DNA of 56,229 nucleotides, the filler included, from Catajapyx aquilonaris (taxonomy: Eukaryota): NCBI GenBank assembly GCA_000934665.2. It is 3 parts of 3 records of this genome, joined end to end, with 100 filler letters (N's around TTAATTAATTAA, not from the genome) between each part and the next. Parts side by side here need not be neighbours in the genome. Positions count along the whole stretch, not along the records: positions 37,549 to 56,229 come from JYFJ02006649.1; 2 more parts are not named here. One strand, given 5' to 3'. The notes beneath the pieces were generated by a model. That model worked only from the letters and a program-made list of their open reading frames with translations. It was not told the origin of the DNA and ran no database searches. Positions 48,701 to 56,229 of the stretch are shown here, piece by piece (position 1 is the first letter of the stretch; each line of letters opens with the position of its first letter). Both the position numbers and the translations under genes were made by a program.

Positions 48701-51700
48701 TTTTACACCCATTTTTATGTGGCTGTGCTGCACCATATTTGGGTACTTGGTAGAGGACAACATGGAGAATCCAATGCCTCTTCAAACTCATTTTTTCTTC
48801 TCTACTGGAGTTAGCTGCTTTTGCCTGGGAGCTCCTCCTTTCGAGATATACAGGGTGGAACAACTTCAAGTGTCGTTTTATAACGGTGATTAATAGCAGT
48901 GATTTTGCGATGACGTAGCAGCGACGTGTAAAATGTCCCACTTCGGCGCCATCGAAAATATTAGCTGCCAATAGCAGCACACATGTAATCAACCCTGCTG
49001 CTGGGTTGACCTGGAAAAAAGGAGGTGCACACATGACCTGCGATGCGCCTGGGGGAAATGGGTGACGCCCAAGGCACCAGATTGTCATTGGTGCCGCATG
49101 TGGTTGCACAGGGTTCATTAGGCCCTACATGTGTGCTGCTATTGCCAGCTAATATTTTCGATGGCGCCGAAGTGGGCCATTTTACACGTTGCTGCTACGT
49201 CAATCGTAAAGCGCTTCTATTAAGAGCCGTTATAAAACGACACTTGAAGTTGGTCCACCCTGTATTCCACCATTATACAGTATATTAAGGCATGTTGTTT
49301 GCTCTCTGCTGCGACTGTAAATTTGGTCTGGTTTTATTGCATACGTACAATGCATTGTCTCCAAATGCAATAAATATCAAACTGATACTGTGACTGAAGA
49401 TTTTGGCTGATGGTTTTCCATATCAAGCTGAATTTCTATTTCCGAGGTGTGGAATTTTCGTCTCACTGATAGTTACCGCTAACTTAGGAGTACAATGCTG
49501 GCCATATATCGAGGCAAACCGCCAGCGACATTTTTCCGAAGCGGCAGAAGAAGGAATCGAAGATAAGCATGCTACAAGCCGGGCGAGCAAGATTCCTTCT
49601 TCTGCCACTTCGGAAAAGTGTCGCTGGCGGTTGCCTCGATATAATTATGGCCAGCACTGTACCAGTGTTGGCAATGGTGCTGCTACGTTAGCAGTATCTA
49701 TACGTGGGACGAAAATTCCACCCTAGATATTTACTTCAAGTTTGGGCTTGTAACTAATGAATTTTTCTTACAAGAGTGTGTTCCTACAGTGCTGCATTGG
49801 GGTCCTTTTTGTCATTGGAACTTTTGCCTGAAGCTGTTATTTTTGTGTAGCTCCTAGGTGTGGTCAAATGTGGTAGTGGCTAGTGATAATATAATAGGAA
49901 TAATTGGGCACCTCAATTGAGAGAAACAAAAGTCTACACAAAATTAACAGCTTTGGGCCAGAGTTCCAATCATCTTGGAACACACTTCACACATAAATGC
50001 CTCAGCTTTGCTTATTTTTCAAATTAAACATTATTGCACAGGTATGATGATGAGCCCCAGAGCCATGTGTGTCAATCAAAGCAACATCAGCAGATCTATC
50101 AGACCACCCAAGCCAGCGCCACTAGCAATTATTGCATCACTGACAGTGCTGACCAATGTAGCTATGGAAATGACATTAGGGCAGGCTTCACTTCTGGCAG
50201 TGGTTTTCCTAATTACACTGACATCATCAATGAAAGTACTTTGATGGGACATTACTGTTGCATTGTGAATGACATCAGTTCCAGAAATCTGTACTTCTGT
50301 CACTCATTCTGGAAGTACTAGCTTCAGTACTAAGAGCAAAATCTGCTTTCATAGGTATGGAAATGAGACGGGACCCATTTCGTCTGACTCTGACAGTGAC
50401 AGTGGTGAAAGCAACGAGGGATTTGTAGCTTCAAGTAACATGGGCCAAGAGTGTCTTCCAAACACAGACATAGCAGGTGCTGCTTGCAGATGCCATGCTG
50501 ATGTCAGTGGTGGTATTGGCAACACACATAGCCTGTCACCTACAATCACCAACTCCAAGAATGTCACAAATGAGGAACAGGTTTTCCAGTATCATGATCC
50601 GATAAGAAATGATACCATTCAGAGTCCTGAATGTGCTACTGGCATAACCTATGATGGATTTGACGTTACTGGAAGAGGGGCTTATGGGCCTTCTGCCTTC
50701 TCTCTCATACCCCTCCCTGATGACTCAACCCAGACCAGCACACAACTGATTGCAGGCTACATCCCTCTTTACTACACCTGTCATGATGTATGCAGGCTCT
50801 TCAGTTGCTATGGTAGAGTTCTTGCAGCTTGTGTAATGTATGGCCAGAATAGAGAAGTTGCATATGGATTGGCCCGGTATGCGACAGAAGAGGAAGCTAG
50901 TGTTGGCAAAGAACATCTGAACAACAAAATCTTGGATGGGTACATTCTCGAAGTTAAATATTTGGGACAGGTATGTATAGTTTTTAGTTAACTGTAACAA
51001 CTCTTTACTAACAAATTTTGAATGATGACGATTACAACTTTGACTACACTAAGATGAATATTAACTTAAATAGCTGCTTCAATATAATTATAACTATAGA
51101 AGAATAACAGGACGGTGTTATGGGCATTGAATGTCACACCTGTGAAATTGAGTAAGTGTCCTTTTTGGTCATTTACGGCAGAAGTATGCAGATTTCGCCA
51201 GCTTGATTTTAACTGAATGAAGTATGATCCTTCAAGTATACAGTAAGTTCCTGGGCTTCACTCAATTTTGACATTTTTGTGGATTGACACAGTATTGTAC
51301 ATGGCGATCCAACTATGCCATATATTGATGTACTAGGTTTGGATATTGCAAGGAAGATACGCATTTGCCACCAAGTAGCTACAGTATTTCTCATGTAAAT
51401 AAACCAGCGTAGTTTGTACCTTGAATGTGAGGTACTTTCAGGTGAATGGCCATAGGCCCCTAGTTCTGCCTCTATCTTATAGTGTACTAGAAAAACGATT
51501 CTACGATGTCCGTAACACGAAGTAAATCAACTCTTATCTCTGTTCACCAGGCAGAAGTCAATGCACAAGTAAGCAGCGGACCCATAATCCAAATCTATAA
51601 GGATAACTGGGACATGTTAGAGGACAGTTTTCGTCTGGCCAGCATACTCCGACAAATGTCTGGCATCCCATTGCAGCACCAGCCCACTGACCCTCTGCCA

Positions 51701-51877
51701 TCTCTTAATGGGATCTCTTCAACAATCCCACAATACTTCCCAGGTTATGACCCCTCTGGACACCAAACTACAAATCTCCAACTCCTGCACCAGCCCATGT
51801 GCCACTCCTCTCAGGTGGTTGCACCTTTAAAGCCAGAAGCAAGAAGGCCTTCGCCTGAAGTGTGTAGTGGGATGTAG
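45743..51877 (+). CDS. RNA-recognition-motif (RRM) protein with long low-complexity N-terminus
   Basis: Exons 45743-46356 (GA|gtaagt), 50042-~50290 (donor uncertain), 50355-50970, 51551-51877. RRM: TQLIAGYIPLYYTCHDVCRLFSCYGRVLAACVM..AYGLARYATEEEASVGKEHLNNKILDGYILEVKY. Confidence 0.72.
47156..47637. mobile_element. Tc1/mariner MITE with long imperfect inverted arms (cagggtgtttctt TIR)
   Basis: TA TSDs; family members at 1623-1905 and 19167-19377. Confidence 0.8.
47901..48050. mobile_element. Palindromic PIF/Harbinger (Tourist-like) MITE
   Basis: TTA TSD both sides; aggctagtttac / gtaaactagcct termini; 150-bp hairpin. Confidence 0.88.
48201..48837. mobile_element. TIR element with GAG..CTC termini (Sola-like, tentative)
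   Basis: ~32-bp TIR gaggagctcccaagcaaaagcagctaactcca; internal gttagctggttttgctt repeats; TSD not resolved. Confidence 0.7.
48851..49262. mobile_element. Tc1/mariner MITE with ~137-bp TIRs
   Basis: TA-cagggtggaacaacttcaagtgtcgttttataacgg / ccgttataaaacgacacttgaagttggtccaccctg-TA. Confidence 0.9.
49443..49726. mobile_element. Palindromic MITE containing a second TA-flanked palindromic MITE (49493-49659)
   Basis: Outer matches 1523-1627; inner caatgctggccata / tatggccagcactg with TA duplicated at 49491-92 and 49660-61. Confidence 0.88.
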
Positions 51878-51943
51878 TTTCAGGCAAGTGAGAATACAAT
51901 TATTTTGACAGGCGAAAGCATAAGAAAGAATTTTACAAGTGCA

Positions 51944-52050
51944 GTACTATATCACTCAAAAACATAGAGACGATTTTGCATTCGACTCAAGTGCAGCCTG
52001 CACTGGAATCAAATGCAAAATTGTCTCTATGTTTTTGAGCGATATAGTAC
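51944..52050. repeat. Palindromic element ~107 bp
   Basis: gtactatatcactcaaaaacatagagac.attttgcatt / aatgcaaaattgtctctatgtttttgagcgatatagtac. Confidence 0.85.
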
Positions 52051-52595
52051 ATACAAAAAGTGAACTGTATGGATTATTCATGTACCAAGGCCTGCATGCA
52101 TAATGACTGCACAAATTTCAGAGTTGACAGTAAGTCTGGATTGAACTAACGTAAGAGTTCAGTTAAATCCATAAACATAACTAATTAAGTTACTTGACTG
52201 ACCCCCACAATGGAAGTCCACTTTTCCAGGGAAGAAAATAATGGCAATGAACACCTTTGCTGAGTGTCGACTGTCCACATCCCTTTCGCGCGGGGCCTTT
52301 ATGGTTGGGTTGCCGTAACTCTGACAGTCCATATCCCTCAAAGGCCTCTTTATCAGGTCGTAACATAACTGATAACTCAGTGATAACTAGTCCGGATTTT
52401 TAGGCAAATGCCGATTTAGTTCCTTAACAGTTGGGATGGTTTTGTGAAGAGATCTATCCATTTCATAAGTACAGGATGTGGTCATGTGGAAAATGTAGGT
52501 TTTATAGTGCATAAAATTGTCTATTTCGTGGTTTTGGGAACTATTTTGCCGATTTAGGCTTTTTGCGACTTTTCATGCTTATGTGGCCTATTTTG

Positions 52596-53388
52596 CAGCG
52601 GCGGATTTCCCATTAGGCACAATAGGCACTGGCCTAGGGGCGGCCGCTAGTTGCAATAAATAATATTTCTCAAATACAATAATAAGAAATGATGGCGAGA
52701 TCACAAAGAAAAGCAAATTGTTGACAGCTTGATTTGCCACTACATGCAGAAAAGGTAATTGCCAAAGGGCGGGCAGCCATAACTTTCTACATAATACTTT
52801 TAAAATAAAATAACATTAAATCAGCGGTTCTCAAACTGTGGGGCACGCCAAAGGGGATGGGGGGCGAATCCAAAAATTATGTGACTCGAAGGTAAGAACT
52901 AATTCTCAGGGCTTACTGTAGTGTACAGTTCTACACAATTTGTGCAGTTCTAAAAGCCAAATGTGCAGTTCTGAATAAGGATTTGTACAGTCAGATTATA
53001 GCAGACAGGTCTGTTATATCCGGATTCAACTGTGCTTAGACATTGGCACTGCTGGAAATATGAAGGGACCGATCTTTCTACAGTACTTGCTTATATCCGA
53101 TGTACTTACAGTATAGGAGGATTCCACTGTACTTTGTCAGTCATTACATTCACCTAAGATTGTGTGACCTTGAACAACAAAAAATTCCGCCTGCGGCGAG
53201 CTTATTCGGTTAGGGGGGGAGGTGTCGGCGAAGAAATCTGAAATTACTTTGTAGGGGAGCCAGATGTGGCAAAGTTTGAGAAACGCTGCGTTAAATGAAG
53301 GAGAGAACACAATAAAAAATTAGAATTTTTAAACGTCAGGCCGGGGTAGGGGGGGGGGGAGGGCGGCCGGGGGGTAAATCCGGTGATG
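52596..53388. mobile_element. hAT-like MITE containing a nested Charlie-like MITE (52822-53288)
   Basis: Outer cagcggcggattt / aaatccggtgatg, TSD ctattttg/cttttttg; inner cagcggttctcaaact / agtttgagaaacgctg, TSD cattaaat/cgttaaat. Confidence 0.75.
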
Positions 53389-54839
53389 CTTTTTTGGGAT
53401 AGTTTTTGTACATTTTGAAGCAATTTCTGGACTTTTTGAGCATATTACGGACCTATTTTTTCAGAGGCATGTTTGGTTTTTTTGCAGAGTATTTTTTGTG
53501 CTGCTGAAAGGTCCAAAATTATTCACAAGTAATATGAATCATGTTTCCATGACGTGTATGCCAAATATTTTTCTAAATTTTCCGAATATGATTACGGAAA
53601 TGGTCAACATCGATGTTTTATCACACAAATAAGTGAGGGTATAGATTAATACAATGAAAGTACCACTGTCTACCCATACGCTGCAGTTTCTTGCAGATTT
53701 GTCATGCAATTTTGACAGGAGGGTATTCCCCTGGTGGAGCGCGACGTAGAATTGGAGCCGAACTAAAAAGTTCGCTACGCACTTATCAATGTTGGAGACC
53801 AAATAAATCATGTATGGCCTTAAAACGCGCAGTGCACCATGCTCCTTCAGAGCATGGTGCACTGCACGTTTTAAGGCCAAAAAAACGAAAATCGATCCAG
53901 CCCCACATACCGAAATTTTGGGTCGAAAATCGCAAAATCCAGAAAAACCCGGATTTGAGGAATTTATTTCCATAAGAAAGACTTGGACTATCGCATTCCA
54001 ATTTTAATCTCAGCTCTACAGTACATTACTCAGCAAGATGACCAAATTTCGTACAGTTCCGACTCACCTGAGTGACGAAATAAGTTCAGACAAATGAGGT
54101 TGAAAGTGCAGATTTAGATAATTTTTCAGTGTCCAGTACTTTGTGGATATATGTATAAATGAATTATTTCCCTGGATTCTGCGGTTCATTACCTGCCAGA
54201 AAATAGATATATTGATTAGGTGGAGAGTGTTACTTATGGTGATAAAAAAATAATTTCAGTACTCTGCAACTCAAAAATTGCCATTTTTGAATTGGCCATA
54301 TCTCTTTGGGTATATTGTCCTACGAAGTTGAAACTTCGGATTTTGAAATGTCTCCCCCATGTATACCCGTATGAAAATTTGCAAGAAAATCGGAGGTGGT
54401 CAACCCACCAGGTTCCCTGAATTGAGGTGGAATGACCCAGCTCTTTTGCAAATGAGGTACTCATACAGTATAATATGTACAATGAAAATACACTAATTTT
54501 GCAGCATGCGTAATGGGAAAAAAATTGTCCCTTTAGTCACCTAAACTCAATGGTCTTCTATTTCAGGTAATATTGAGCAGAAGCCAGCGTGCGTTGATGC
54601 TACTGATTACCTTGAACAAGCATGATACCACCCCCAAGGCTGTCAAGTATTATCAGGTCTCTGAAGTACTGCACTACCCCAATTCACAGGAAATTGGCTG
54701 AGGAATGCTGTTCCAGCTCTTCTGTTAAAAACTTAAGCAACTCCTTTAATTGACAACACACCACAACACAAGCCAAGCAGTAGTGTTTCTATTGGCTTCT
54801 TACTATTACAGATTGAGAATCCTTTAACCAAAATAAAAA

Positions 54840-55550
54840 ACTGAAAGTCTCCAAAATGGGGAAGTAGCCTTCATTTTGAAAACTACATAATAAATTCGCC
54901 CATATTTTTTGGATTTTTTTGGCATATTCCGTTTTAAGATATCAGTCTCAGTTCCAGAGTAATTGGGGTTTTTATGTAGGGAAATGGTGACGTCACTGTT
55001 TCCCTAGAAAATGTTGACGTCACGCGAAGTGAAATGAACGCAAAAATGGTGTTATAGAACGCGCCCCGTCATTGTCGTAAAATGCTTCGCTGTTGTTAGC
55101 AACCGTCCCATTCCGTGAGCAAGATAGCGGCCGGGGCGCGTATTTATTCCAGGTCGCTCAAGCCGCTTTGTACATGGCAGTGATGCCACCAGGTCGGAAT
55201 TATCTGTCACCCGAATTCGGCACATGAAGGCCCCATTTCTTCACCTCGATGGCCTGCAGCCGCCTTGCGAATGCTTTCCGTCGTGTCCGCGGTTAATTCA
55301 AAGTCAAATTCCTCATATCTCGCAGTCAACCAGGCATTTCAGTGTACCATTTCGATTGGCACCACCCGGCCGGGGCATTTTTCCCGCCAATTTTGAAGGC
55401 ACTTTTAAATGTGCCGTAATTTATCCAGTAATGTCATTTTGATGCAACAAAGTGATGGAATGTATGTTTACAGGCATGGGCTAGCTAGTTATGAACAAAA
55501 ATCCCAAATCCCAGACCAAGGCTACTTCCCCATTCTGGAGTTTTTTGAGT
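54840..55550. mobile_element. TIR element, CACTA-like (tentative)
   Basis: ctccaaaatggggaagtagcctt / aaggctacttccccattctggag inverted repeat; right terminus ..tttttgagtg. Confidence 0.6.
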
Positions 55551-55589
55551 GCTGACATGACAAAATACATTACGTTCAGGGTTTATGTA

Positions 55590-56000
55590 CAAGGGTCAGT
55601 CAATGAATTCTCGCTCTGACATAGAAGGTGTTGACATAATTAAAAGGACATTCTGCAACTAAATTGTAGTGACACTCTCTAGAACAGCACCCACAAAGTT
55701 TCATTGCAATTGCATAATTCCACTGGCAGTATTGGATACTTGAGGTGGTGAAAATGTGGGCTCTTCTAATGATGGAGAACAGCCACACTCACTCGTCACA
55801 GTGGGTGCTGCTGACAATTGTGGCTTCGAACTCCCAGGGGACTTCTGACTACCTCCTGTTTTCAAAGATGAAAGATCCTACATGGGAATCGTGTTGCCAG
55901 TGCCAATGGCAGTACAACAGGTGAGGTGTAGGTATTCTCCATCGTTAGAAGAGGGCACACTTTCACCATCTCAAGTGTCCAATACTCCCAGTGGAATGAT
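55590..56000. mobile_element. mariner-like end with internal inverted duplication
   Basis: TA-caagggtcagtcaa mariner-type terminus; 55717-55792 inverted with 55921-55997. Confidence 0.5.
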
Positions 56001-56229
56001 GCAAGAGTTGGGTAAGTTACTTTTGAAATGTAACTGGTTACAGTTACAGTTATTGGTGGGGGATTCCCCATTTCTCCCTGAAATACGAATACAGAATATC
56101 ACCGTGGTCAAAAAAATGATCAACCTCGATTTACTTTTAATAATAGCTGCTCTTCAAAGTTTGCATAAGCTTTCCCCTTCTCGGTGTAAATACTTCTCTC
56201 TCTCTCTCTCTCTCCTTTCCCCCCCCCCC

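Overview
Animal (probably arthropod; species not identifiable from sequence) genomic DNA with two assembly gaps carrying an artificial TTAATTAATTAA linker. Spliced genes reconstructed by hand with consistent intron phases: a Myb/SANT-like (MSANTD/Harbinger-type) gene (-, 10673..5824) head-to-head with POLR1H/RPA12 (+, 11683..17053); a divergent calmodulin-like gene (+, 40055..41727); a secreted two-domain C-type lectin (-, 44508..42738) head-to-head with a single-RRM, largely low-complexity gene (+, 45743..51877); and a candidate orphan Cys-containing secreted protein (+, 423..~2886, 5' end not found). Introns and intergenic DNA are dense with non-autonomous DNA transposons (Tc1/mariner, pogo/Tigger, hAT, piggyBac, Harbinger, CACTA-like, Kolobok-like), many fully palindromic and nested, plus several tRNA-derived SINE families. 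Most notable: several unrelated Tc1/mariner lineages are present as foldbacks made of two inverted copies of the transposase 3' end; TAGGCCTA and TACCGGTA palindromes are strongly over-represented, possibly as excision footprints; RPA12 has an expanded N-terminal zinc ribbon. No intact transposase, rRNA, true tRNA or CRISPR array was found. All gene models and family assignments are by eye, without database searches.
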